A DNA stretch of 64,000 bases from Thalia democratica. Taxonomy: Eukaryota. Shown in pieces: positions 36,886-48,700 of the stretch (position 1 is the stretch's first letter; every line of letters begins with the position of its first letter). Both the position numbers and the translations under genes were made by a program. The stretch covers positions 73,160,001-73,224,000 of the forward strand of contig OZ241829.1 of NCBI GenBank assembly GCA_965202585.1, read 5' to 3'. A model generated the notes under the pieces. That model saw only the letters and a list, made by a program, of their open reading frames with translations, made no database searches and was not told the origin of the DNA.

Positions 36886-37530
36886 TGTAATGAATACGTG
36901 CATTATTCATTATTCAAAGTTGAGCTCAGAGAATATTTTGAGTTTAACACGCTTCATTGCACTAGCCAATGAGAATCATCTGACGTGTTTCAAACTAATT
37001 CTGATGCAACTAAATATCAGAAAATGAGTCAGTGTATTTGTAAGCAGTTGGTTAGTTGGTGTGCAGCTGGAACTACCTTTTATTGATTTGTGATTGTGTA
37101 TTGTAAGTATTGTTTTGTGTTAAAAGTGAATATCTTAACTGGTATTTAAATGTTTTAATATTTAAGCCAGGTTTATAGTTAATAGTTTATTCTTTTACAG
37201 TTTCTTCTTTACTAAAAGTTTTATTATATTTTTAGTTTATTGTTTAAAGTCTTTTAAAGAGATTTAAATAGATTGTAGTTTCTAAAAAGTTTGTCATAGT
37301 AATTTATAGTTTTGTATATGCTCAAATTTCTTGTTGTGTTTTATATAAAAGATTCATCACTTAAAACTGTCTGTCTGATTTATATAAAGTAGCATTAAGT
37401 AGTGTATAGTTATTATGTCCAACTACAATAGTATAAATGAGAAGTATGAACCTAAAGGTCAGGTTGACTATCTGCCCACAGTAAGTCACCCTGACCCAAC
37501 TGAGGCTTTAGATGTTGGGCCACCAACATC
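36886..37530 (+). repeat. 3' LTR (possibly truncated by a few bp at its 3' end)
   Basis: ~99% identical to 33715..34352; includes a second copy of the first ~38 codons of the ORF. Confidence 0.8.
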
Positions 37531-37630
37531 GGTTTAGATTTGAGGTTTATGTTGTAGATTTTGAGGTTTTTTGTTGTAGATTTTGATGTATTTGAAGTTT
37601 GAGGTTGTAGATTTGAGGTTTATGTTTCTA
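37531..37630. repeat. Degenerate minisatellite of ~20-bp units (tgaggtttatgttgtagatt)
   Basis: About five imperfect units directly abutting the 3' LTR. Confidence 0.55.
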
Positions 37631-40286
37631 GAATTTTGTTTGCTCCAAAAAATATTTTAGTATTTAAAGCTATAATTGTCTGTTATTTTAGATTGTGATT
37701 ATCACATTAAAATATCACTTTTTATTTTATCTTATAAAATAGCTGGCTTAAATATTCTAAAAACAAATATACTTTTTGTAAGCTCAGCCGAAGTCTGGAG
37801 GAATAAAGTCAACCTTAAAAATATATATAACAACGACAGTTTCAATAAAGCAGTAATTTGCAAATTAATGCTATAATATTCGTACAAGTTTGTTTCGTTC
37901 GGACGTTTTCTGACAAACATATTAACAAACTTAAAATAACAGTTTTTTAAACAAAAACGAAAATGCCTAAAAAATTTTTATTTAATTACCTAAGTGAACG
38001 AAAACCTCTCGGTCATTGAGTCGTACACGAATTAAGTGTTTTGAACTGTTAACAAGTATTTATAGTCATGCAAGATGACTTTAAAAATTCATCAGTTAGA
38101 AGTTATTAAAAGAAAGGTTGAAGTGTTATAACAATTTAAATTTATTTATTTTTTGAAAACGCTATATTGTTTAAGTTAGTTAGTGACGTCATGATATACT
38201 ATACTTGATTATGACGTTAAATTTTGAGAGTTGTTTTTTTCTTTTTTTTTATGGTTTGTAAATTTCAATACAATTTATAGTATTTTGAAACATTCTATAC
38301 AGATCGGTTGTTATAAAAGTGTTCATAATGTGCAATTAAGTTACAAAATCATTTTGCTTTTTAATGTTCGAACGAATATTGTACTTTTTATAATGTTATG
38401 CAGTTTACTTTTTTAAGTCCTCACAGTTAGCTCATTTGTTATAAAAAGGCAGTGAACGATCTTAAATAGCTTAGTATCATATAATAATAATTTCAGATCC
38501 GACTCAGCGTTTTGAGCATAATTGACATACTTCGTATAATCTTACAAAACATAATCAAATAAGGTCAAACAAGTAGCTAAATATTGTGGCAGCTCTACTT
38601 GTTAGTAAATGAAGCAACAGGTATGCCTGTATAATCAAATATCGAATTAGTAACAAATATTGTAAGTAGCTCTCTCATTGTTTTAATCAATGAGCAACAA
38701 CAACCATTTAGTTAGTAACAGCAAGTAATTTCGTCAGTCAAGAGACTTAACACGTACCAAATTAAAAACCTCAAATTAACACTCGCGTAAATTAACACAA
38801 AATGTACATAGCCTCATACGACCCCGTTTTTAATAGAAATATTTTAATCGTTTTATTTTTCTTTAGTTTATAACTATTAGTAGGCGAATGATCCAAGCAC
38901 CGGATAAGTTATTGAAAGTTATTTTCTTATTTAAAACAATAATTAAAATAAATAATCAACATATAGATTTGTTACAACGTTTTTAATCGCTGATTACACC
39001 GGGAGTTATTCGGGAAGTCGGAAATGAGACTTGGACAAAGTGCCAAGTTACTTAGATGCAGTTCGCCTTTTTAACTGATCCATCTTTGTCAAAAGCAGAT
39101 TTGTATTTATTAGTGGGTTGTTTCAATTTAAAGAACAACGTAGATGAACATAAAAGTTAATTGGAGTTTGTTTGTACACTCTTAACTCGAAACAAACTAA
39201 AATGTAAAATATCAGTCAACCTTCACAGATTTGATTCAGCACAGTTTTGGAGGTATAAATAGATTCGTGTGATTTAAATGACTTAACACGAGGGAAGAAG
39301 CGAGATGAGTGATAAAAACATAAAGAAGCACTCGAAACAGCACTCTTGAAGGAGCAGCCTAAAAGTCCGTTTGATCATGTTGAAACACCAAAAATATTTC
39401 TAAACATTTTTACACCGTTTGTCAACCGTGACACATGTTTAATGAATATATAATTGAGTGGTAACTATCAAAAAACTGCCGCTTCTTCGCAGTGAGTAAA
39501 GGTTAGTCGTAAATAATTGAAAACTGTAATGACTAGAAAGTTATATAAACAACTAGACCAATTGACTACAAATAATAATGCTTCAAAATAAATTTAAGAT
39601 TCAAAAAATTAAAAAAACATGAACATAAAGTTCATACGGAGAATTTCAACATGAAAATATAAACAAGCCTGCTCATACAAACAACTAGCTCGAAAAAGCA
39701 CCAGGTAACAAACTAAAGGGGCACAAAGTCAATTTAGATTGTCAACACAGATATTTTGTTTAAACTGACAGATGATGTCATTAGCAATTATGACATCACT
39801 CCTTCAAACAGAACTGTGAACACAAAGTAGTAATAAGCTTTTTATTTGCGCTTAAGTGAAATGCATGGTAATTCACAAAATTTTATGACCTGAGCTATTG
39901 ACATTCAAACACAAACAATAATGAATATGAGTATGAAAAATATCAATGTAAAGAATATAAACGGTATCAGACAAAACTACAACATAAATAAAAATAATAC
40001 TAGTGAAATCTAAACTTGAATAAGTCTCTTAAAAACAAAGTCCGTGACGTGTAAAAGGGCAGTAAGAGATTACCTAGGTACGAGAAATTCAAAAAAAAAG
40101 ATAAGTTTGTATTGAAATTCAAAAAATATTGAACAAAAACTTGAGACAAGAACTATTTAAAAGGCTAAAACATAATTTTGTAATAAATTTTGATTATGTA
40201 AACAGTTATAGATTTCATCAGAAAATACTCAATTTAATTAGTAGTTCAACTGAAATTAGCAAACGTACAGAAATAAAAGTAAAATG

Positions 40287-40499
40287 AACAATAAGTAAAA
40301 TTCAATAAGCGACAAACTAGACAAAAATATTTTTCAGTTTTAGTTTGTTAAGCACTTAATGATTATCATCTATGCGTTTCTGAATCTTTTTTGTACAAAC
40401 ATTTAGGTCTAATTTATACATGCAACAGTGGGTTATAAGTATAACCTTTATGAGTTGTTATAAGTCTTGTTTGTCGCTTATTCTATTTTACTTATTGTT
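40287..40499. repeat. 213-bp inverted-repeat element with 36-bp arms; copies at 48062..48275 and 55992..56223
   Basis: AACAATAAGTAAAATTCAATAAGCGACAAACTAGAC versus GTCTTGTTTGTCGCTTATTCTATTTTACTTATTGTT: 33/36 complementary. Confidence 0.75.
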
Positions 40500-41051
40500 T
40501 TTTTACTATTAATTTTCTACAGAAGCTTATCTTAGTTGAAAAGTTGAAAATGTATTTTACTTGTTTGCTCAATAAAATTCTTTTTAATGAATCTTGTTTT
40601 AATTTTTTTTCTGTATCTGTAGTACTATAAAAATATTTGGCAAAAAAAAAGTACAATTTAAAGGAAATTTGAAACTCAATTTAGATAATAATTTGATTAT
40701 AATTAAATAGAGCGGTATTTTTTTAATTTGTAAAAAAAGAGTGTTTATGAAGTTAAGTTTAAGAAAATCTGCCCTATTGAACAAAGACTGATAATTAGAT
40801 GCAAAAAGTAGTGCGCATAGTAACTTTTTGAAAAACTAAAGGGGGGACGATTGCTGTTCAAATTTATCAAAAGTGGTTGTTACGAAACTTAGCTTTGAAA
40901 GTCCTGATAAAGATCAATGCTACACAAATGTAGTTAACTTCATTTGTTTAAGATCATTTAAGATAAAACATCATCAGTAGTAATTCTCAGTGAGCTTAAT
41001 TAATGAGATATGTTAGCTTACGCAGCATGTTTTAAAAACATTTTAACTTAC

Positions 41052-41150
41052 TTGGAGTGTTTGCATCATCAACTGCATCCTTCAACATTGATGTCAGCTT
41101 TAGAGATTGTTGATTCCTTCCACAAAAACAAGCTGCCATCCTCTGTTAAA
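41052..41150 (-). other. E-family small exon, possibly starting a peptide MAACFCGRNQQSLKLTSMLKDAVDDANTP (phase-1 donor)
   Basis: ttttcaacAG acceptor, ATG at 41139, ctccaa|GTAAGT donor. Paralogues: 48997..49095 (frame intact), 56917..57011 (4-nt deletion), 53463..53534, 54784..54850, 62469..62540, 63779..63854, and diverged 32163..32261 and 33575..33680. Confidence 0.45.
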
Positions 41151-41957
41151 CTGTTGAAAAATTAACATTTAAAATATTTTAATACAGATAATAGCTTTTT
41201 CTTTAGTTTAAAAATTACGAAACTTCTACCACCAATTTACAACTATTTTAGCTTAATAAATAAATTCAAAACTAGAGATTTTCTTTTAGTTAATTTGCAG
41301 TACATTTCAATAACACCACACGTCACCACTGCTTACAACATACAAATGTAAATTGTAAATATGTTACTTAAAAACATCGTGTGTTTTTCAAAAGCATTTT
41401 ATTTTAACAATATGTGAAACAAAAGAATTTTTAATTACAAAAATTCTGAATTATTAGCCGTAAAATTCGTTTAAACAGTATGTGTAAGTCTAACAAAGTA
41501 GAGATATTTTAAAAATATCCATATTGCTAAAAATAAAACTTAATACTTTTCTTGTATTATATATTTAACGTTTAAATGGTAGTTAAATACTACTTTAGTT
41601 ATATTTTGACTAAGCAGCTTCAGTAAACATGTAATATTTTGGATAAAAAACGTATTTCTCGGTATTAATTTAGCTACTTTAAAATAGTTGTAAAAACCAA
41701 AGACATAATGTTTAAAAATGTATTCGAAACATTAACTATTAATGTCAGAATTCTAACTTAAATAACCACAATTCAACATTTACGTGTTGCATTAGTAAAT
41801 TATTATAAAATATAATTTTCAATTGTTGTAGTTAAACATACAAAACAGATAAAACATTGAGAAACTTGTCTGACTATACAAAAACATTTATCCCGTTATT
41901 TTTCTACAGTTTTTGAGTTATAAGTAAACTAAAAAGTCTCAAGAATACTTATCAAAA

Positions 41958-42310
41958 AGCCGCGCGTAAAAAAGATGGCGACAATACTTGAGCGCAGGAA
42001 GTTTGCGATATATTAACTTAAAACTGCTGCTTCACAAAACTTAAGTGACGTTACAAAGCTTCAGCTGAAAAAAAAACTGTTTGTTACGTCACAAGTGGCT
42101 TTTACTTCAACAGCCGAAGCGTTTAAGTTTCACAGAAAGCATGTTGGGCCGCGCTCGTCAGGCCTTAAAATATTATGAATTCAACAAAGACAGCAACATG
42201 ATAATTAAGCGTGCTGCCACTTTGAACGTTACTCATACTGTGAAGGCGTTCAATCGCTGATGACGTCACTTAAAAGTCAATTTGATATATGACGCAAGGA
42301 AAAAATATGA
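41958..42310 (-). promoter_or_regulatory. A-type promoter-like module plus second CRE cluster; paralogues at 49993, 53898, 58215 and 62891
   Basis: CCG(C/A)GCGTAAAAAAGATGGC, AAAACTGCTGC, TGACGT(C/T)ACAAA, GTTACGTCACAA, CCGAAGCG, GGGCCGCGCT in conserved order, located 0.35-1.2 kb upstream of E-exons on the minus strand. Confidence 0.55.
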
Positions 42311-42837
42311 GAGAGTTTTTTTACGCTGCCTCGGTCTACCTGCTGTTTGGCAATTTTAATTTTTTGTATGATTAAAAGATAATAATAAACATAACAATTA
42401 AGATGAAGTTGTATATGTAATCAAGATAAAATAAATAAAACTATTAATGCTACTAAATTTGAATCCTTACGCAGGCTAATATGAACAAATACAAAAAATT
42501 AAGTTTAAGTATGTTTTTTTGGGTAATAAAAATAACCATCAAAAGTAATTTCAAGCATGTATTTTGGCTAATAAAAACAAATATAACTATAATCGTTAAA
42601 TTTGAATAACAGAAGTGTGAGATAGATTTATGTGACGCAGATAGCAAAACGAGTGAAAGTATATAAATGTAATCCTCAATGGATCAACCATACTGCAACA
42701 TTAGACTTACACAGTCTATACGAGCCGACGACGGTCACTATTATGTTGTCGGTGTGTAGGAATCAAATATGTATATAAAATCGAGTTACCATCCTAACTG
42801 CGAGGACTACCTTCCCTTCCTCAATGGCTGTCATAAA

Positions 42838-43084
42838 TGAATATCTGAAAAGCATGGGTCGTCACAGAGTTGCACTTTAGCACAGAGTGACACTTTGGCA
42901 CGGAGTGACACTTTATCGCGGAGTGACACTTTGGCACGGATAGACCATTTACCAAGGGTCGTCATTTAAGACAAAGCAACACTAAATCACGGAGTGACAC
43001 TTTAACACGGAGTGGCACTCTGGCACGGTGTGAAACTTTGGCTCAAATTGACATTTTAGCTCGGTGTCACTCCATTCTAACACT
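42838..43084. mobile_element. Small element of ~17-bp tandem units (GAGTGACACTTTGGCACG); copies at 59091..59337 and an expanded one at 50855..51555
   Basis: Ends resemble GGGTGTCAGAA...TTCTAACACT; the internal tandem array varies in length between duplication units. Confidence 0.6.
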
Positions 43085-44368
43085 TATATCGTTTAAAAAA
43101 CGATTATGTTTGATTTGACAAAAACATACCTAATGCTTATGTAATAAAAAAAATTGTTTAGTATTTCAAAACAAAAGATAATCAATATTAAAATAATATT
43201 TTGTGTAAAAGTGTCACAAATTTAAACTAAGGAATCGAAGTATAAGTATAAACAATATTTCAAACAATTTGACTTATAAACTTTTAAAGCACATTAGGAA
43301 CAACGATAATGTATGCTTTTGAATCGAAACTTAAATTACAAAATTATTAGTTGTGTTACACCTAAATTGAGTCATACAAGCATCATATTTATGTTCAAGT
43401 AATTTAAAATACTATCTTAATAATACTTAGTTACTACAATAATATTACTACAATAAATGTGTTTTTTCTGTAGCGTAATTTATTGATGTACCACCAATTG
43501 TATGTAAACTTAGTAAATGAAAAAAGCGGTGTAATTAGAAACTATTACTATAAATCTAAATCAATAATAAGCAAAAATATTTAATGGATGTAAAATAAAT
43601 TTTAATGAAATTACTTATGTACAATGACAATAAATTAACTAACCAGAGGGTTCATGCTAATGTTCCATTTTCATAGTTTCTGATTACAAAAGACGTAGTC
43701 GATTTTTTTTTGTTGACCCGTCACTTGACTGTTGAAGTAAAGTTTGTTGAATAATTGTAAATTTATATAAGCTTTTTTATTGACATTTTAGAAAATTTGT
43801 TGATAGAAAATTTGTTGATTGATTGAAAAGTTTTATACACCTTTTAAAGATATTTTAGAAATTATAGAACTACATTATGAATGTGGATCGTAAGCTGGTT
43901 GTTTGCTTCAACGGTTAAAAGTAGAAGTTAACAAACGAAATTATTTTTTCAGACATTTTGTTGATAGTAGTAGTACTGTAAGATAACTTAAAATATTCCA
44001 TTTTTAATAACAAAATTTTTGTTTTAAATTTTAAACAGAAAAAAGTTTGGAATGTTTATTTATTGATATCAGCTAGCACAACGACAAAGTAAAGTTGCTA
44101 AACATTAAAACAAAATATGACATAAATTTTAATTCTGTATAATGATTTATGAATGTTTAGTTAAAAATAATTACGTCATAAAGAGTCAAATGCAAAAGTT
44201 TGCATAAAGGTTTAAATTTATAATTAAATAAATTATTTAATTAAGCTAAAAGTGATTGTAATGTCACATTAAAATCTTTAAACGGACTTGCGAGTATTTA
44301 TTACATCACGACAGAATTTTCAATCAGAGTTGGGAGAATTAGTGACGTCATATCAGAACCTTAAAACA

Positions 44369-44753
44369 GGAAAACGGGTCAAATATGCACCTAGACAAAA
44401 CTGCACCGGGTTACTAAATTGCACGAGGGCGCAAGATTGCATGGAAATACTTTTGCACGAAGACAAGCTTGCACGAGGGGACAAAATTGCACGAGGACAA
44501 TTTTGCAGGAGGGTCATTTTGCGAGAGAGTAAAATAGAAAACACAAAAATAAAACTGAAAAATAAAAAAACTAAATAAACAAAACAAGTAGAAAAGGTTA
44601 TGGGTAACAGTGATAGTAAAAAAAATGAAATTAATAAAATACTTAAAAATAAAAATTCAACCCGTGCAAATTTTTTTTGTGCAAAAGTATTTTTTTGCCC
44701 TAGTACAATTTTGTCCCCTCGTGCAGGTACCATTCAAACCATTGACAGATACC
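44369..44753. mobile_element. Non-autonomous, Mutator-like DNA transposon inserted in a B-type CRE module; copies at 60532..60926 and partial 51635..51904
   Basis: GGAAAACGGGTCAAATATGCAC left end, GCACG repeats, imperfect 9-bp flanking duplication (cttaaaaca / attcaaaca, 7/9). Empty homologous site at ~30050 (agaaccttcaaacagact). Confidence 0.6.
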
Positions 44754-45254
44754 ATTCAAACAGACTTGGGAGTAATTTTATCGTCACATTAGAACTTTCA
44801 AACAAGAGCTGTTAGTGATTATGACGTCACATCAGAACTTTTAGTCAGGCTTGTGAGTAATTCAACTCATAAAATTGGTACGACCTGAAGTAAGGACATT
44901 CTAAAATAAACATCAATGAATTTGAACATTGAACATAGATAATATGAACGTAAAAAACATGAATACAAAAAACATGCATGGTATCAAAATATAAATAAGC
45001 GAGCTCATAAAAAGAATAATTCCTGCCAGAACCGCAACCCACTATGGAATCCCTGCAACCTAACAAGGAAAACAAAGTCAGCATTATTTTGTTGCAAACT
45101 AGGTTACATAGGATTCAAAAACAAAGCATTCTAACGATTTCTCGATTGAATGATTACAAACGATGAAGAAATTGTAAATTCACATACATAACAACAGTCG
45201 ACAACTAAAATTTATAATCACTCGCAAGTCTGTTTAAAGGTTCTAGTTCATCTT

Positions 45255-45712
45255 TATTTAAATGTGACTTATTTGATACTTAACACTTCTAAATCAATTC
45301 TGCTTAGCAAATTCAATTTATATTTAAGCATTTGATTACAAATAGAAATGTTGTGGTATCTATAATAAAATTTGTTTCTATATCCTTTTACAAAAAATAT
45401 GTATTTGGTTCTGTAATGGATTTCTGCTTTTGAACAAAAATATATAAAACATAAGAAAAATGTTTTATAAAAATTGTTTATGTTACTATAACTTTTTTTA
45501 ATTTGACCTTAGCCCACATAAGGATAAACTTGTGTTGCATTGTATTAAAGATATGTTAATGGATTTATTGAGTAAAAATTAAATTTCATGCAATAAAAAT
45601 TTGAGGAATTGAAATTAAAGTTTTTTTTTTTTGAGTTTTTTAGAATTCTAAAATGCGTAGTTAAACGATAGTGCGTAACGTCACGAGTTCGTAAGGATGC
45701 GAGAGGTTACTG
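45255..45712. mobile_element. Truncated inverted copy of the Tc1/mariner-like MITE at 5965..6747
   Basis: Ends ...GCGTAACGTCACGAG..GAGAGGTTACTG|TA, the reverse complement of the 5965 end; 45260-45360 matches the reverse complement of ~6340-6430. Confidence 0.75.
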
Positions 45713-48700
45713 TAAAAATAACAGTTTATCGAACAAAAACGAAAATGCTTAAAAACGAAACCTCTCGGTCATTGAGTCGTACACGACATTAAGTGTTTTG
45801 AACTGTTTACAAGTATTTATAGTCATGCAAGATGACTTTAAAAATTCACCAGTTAGAAGTTTTAAGAAGAAAGGCTAAGATTTTAGAACAATTTGAATTT
45901 AATTATTTTTTGAAAGCGTTATATTGTTGTAGTTAGTTAGTGACGTCATGATATACTTGATTATGACGTTAAATTTTGAGTGTTGTTTTTTTCTATTTTT
46001 CTATACGGTTTGTAAATTTCAATACAATTTATAGTATTTTGAAACATTTTATACAGATCGGTTGTTATAAAAGTGTTCATAATGTGCAATTAAGTTACAA
46101 AATCATTTTGCTTTTTAATGTTCGAACGAATATTGTACTTTTTATATGTTATGCAGTTTACTTTTTTAATTCTTCACAGTTAGCTCATTTGTTATAAAAA
46201 GGCAGTGAACGATCTTAAATAGCTTAGTATTATATAATAATAATTTCAGATCCGACTCAGCATTTTGAGCATAATTGACATACTTCGTATAATCTTTACA
46301 GAACATAATTAAAAAAGGTCAAACAAGTACCTCAATATTGTGGCAGCACAGCTTTTTAGTAAATGAAGCAACAAATATACCAGTTTTCAAATTATTATTA
46401 GCGAATATGTAATTTTATAACAAATGTTGTAAGTAGCTCTCTCATTGTTTACAACCATAAGCAACATCAACTATTTACTTATAAAAGCAAGTAATCTCGT
46501 CAGTCGAGAGACTTAAACACGTATAAACTTTCAAACGTAAAATTAACACTCGCGTAAATTAACACAAAAAGTTTATTAGCCGCCTACGACCCCGTTTTTA
46601 ATAGAAATATTTTAATCGTTTTATTTTTCTTTAGTTTATAACTATTAATAGGCGCATGATCCAAGCACCAGATAAGTCATTGAAAGTAGCTATTTTCTTA
46701 TTTTAAACAATGAATACAATAAATAATCAACATGTAGATTTGTTACAACGCTTTTAATCGCTGATTACACCGAGAGTTATTCGGGAAGTCGGAAATGAGA
46801 CTTGGACATATTGCCATGTTACTTAGATGCAGTTTGCATTTTTAACTGATCCATCTTTGTCAAAATCAGATTTGTATTTTATTAGTGGGTTGTTTCAATA
46901 TAAAGAACAACGTAGATAAATATAAAGTTAATTGGAGTTTTTTTATACATAATACAGTTTATACATTTATACAGTTATGTTTATACTTAACTTGAAACAA
47001 ACTAAAATTGAAAATATCAGTCAATCTTTTACGGGATTCAGTAGAGTTTTTGAGGTATAAAAAGATTCGTGTGACGCAAATGACTAAACACGAGAGAAGA
47101 AGCGAGATGAATAAAAAGAGACATAAAGAAGCACTCGAAACAGCACTCTCGAAGGAGCAGCCTAGAATTACGGTTGATAATATTGAAACACCAAAAATAT
47201 TGCTAAACTACTTTCACCGTTTGTCAACCGTGACACGTGTTTAATGAAGAAATCATTGTGCAGTAACAATCAAAAAACTCCCGTTACTTTGCAGTGAGTA
47301 AAGGTGTAAAGTATTGAGAACTGCCCGACCAACAGACTACAACGGCATCAGAGTCAATAAATTAAAAAAACAAAAACATAAAGTTCATGAATACGAAGAA
47401 TTTAAACATGGACATATAAACAAGCCTGCTCATACAAGCAACTAGCTCGAAAAAGCACCACGTAACAAACCAAGGGGGCATAAAGTCCACATGCGGTTGT
47501 TGCACTAAGGCTGTCAACAAAGATACCTCAATAAAACTGATATATGACGTCATTAGCCATTATGACGTCACTCCTTCAAAGAGAATTGTGAACACAAAGT
47601 AGTAATAAGCTTTTTGTTTGCGCTTAAGTGAACTACATGGTAACTCACAAAATTGTTAGGACCTGAACTATTGAAATTCAAACATAAACATTAATGAATA
47701 TGAGTATCTAAAATATCAATGTAAAGAATATAAACGATAACAGACAAAACTAAATAAACAAAAATGTTACTAATGAAATTAAAACTTGAATAAGTCTCTA
47801 AAAAAAATCCTTGACGTGTAAAAAATACTAGAGAGAGTACCTAGTTATGAGAAACTCAAATATAAATATACTTGAGTTTGTATTGAAATACAAAAAATAT
47901 TAAAAAAAAATTGAGATAAGTACTATTCAAAAGTTTAAAATACAATTTTAAAAATAAACTTAAACTAATATAACAGTTGTAAATTTCATCAGAAAACACT
48001 CAATTTAATTAATTAGTAGTTCAACTGAAATTATCATACGTACAAAGATAAAAGTAAAATAAACAATAAGTAAAATTAGATAAGCGACAAACTAGACAAA
48101 ATTATTTTTTAGTTTTATTTTGTTAAGCACTTAATGTTTACCATCTAAGCGTTTCAGAATTTTTTTTATACAAACATTTAGGCCTAGTTTATACAAGCAA
48201 CAGTGTGTTTATAAACATAATCTTAATAAGTTGTTATAAGTCTTGTTTGTCGCTTATAGTATTTTACTTATTGTTTGTTTTAATATTAATTTTCTACGGA
48301 GGTTATCTTAATAAAATTACTAATTAAATTATAGTTATGTAATTATATACAATTAGTCTATCTCTAGTTAATTTTTCTTGATGTCTAATATTATTAGTTG
48401 AGTGTTTTCTGATGAAGATTATAACTGTTTACTTACTCAAAGTTTATTTTTCAAAATAGTTGCTAACAAAATTAGTTGTAATGGTTTGCTGAAATGTATT
48501 TTACTTGTTTGTTCAATATTTTTTTTTTATATTGAATCTTGTTTAAAGTTTTTGTTTAATACATGTAGTACTATAAAATTATTTGGCAAAAAATAATTGA
48601 AAGTACAATTTAAATGAAATTGAAATTCAATTTAGATAACAATTTGATTATTATTAGTGAGAGCGCTCCTTATTTTATTTGTATAAACTTAAGTTTAAAA

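Larger units (their letters stand above)
33715..37530 (+). mobile_element. Non-autonomous LTR-like retroelement (gag-like plus cold-shock domain, no pol)
   Basis: Direct repeats 33715..34352 (638 bp) and 36886..37530 (645 bp) both start TGTAAT and differ by ~5 substitutions and one 7-bp duplication. A purine-rich tract (36861-36885) precedes the 3' repeat. Possible PBS TGGCGTCC at 34365 after ...CCCACA. TSD not found. Confidence 0.8.

Noticed and set aside
40340-40400. Second hammerhead (minus-strand GAAACGC(A/T)TA) within the inverted-repeat element
   Set aside because: No CTGATGA box or helix II upstream in any of the three copies.
40900-41050. Box C/D snoRNA in the intron following the E-exon
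   Set aside because: The TGATGA-like box is not conserved in the paralogues, and there is no D box with a terminal stem.
41040-41070. U1 snRNA-like 5' end (ACTTACTTGG)
   Set aside because: It is the reverse complement of a splice donor; the downstream sequence has no U1 structure.
42860-43070. CRISPR-like array (also 21080-21350, 50870-51550, 59110-59320)
   Set aside because: The units are contiguous ~17-bp degenerate repeats without unique spacers, in eukaryotic transposon ends; no cas genes.
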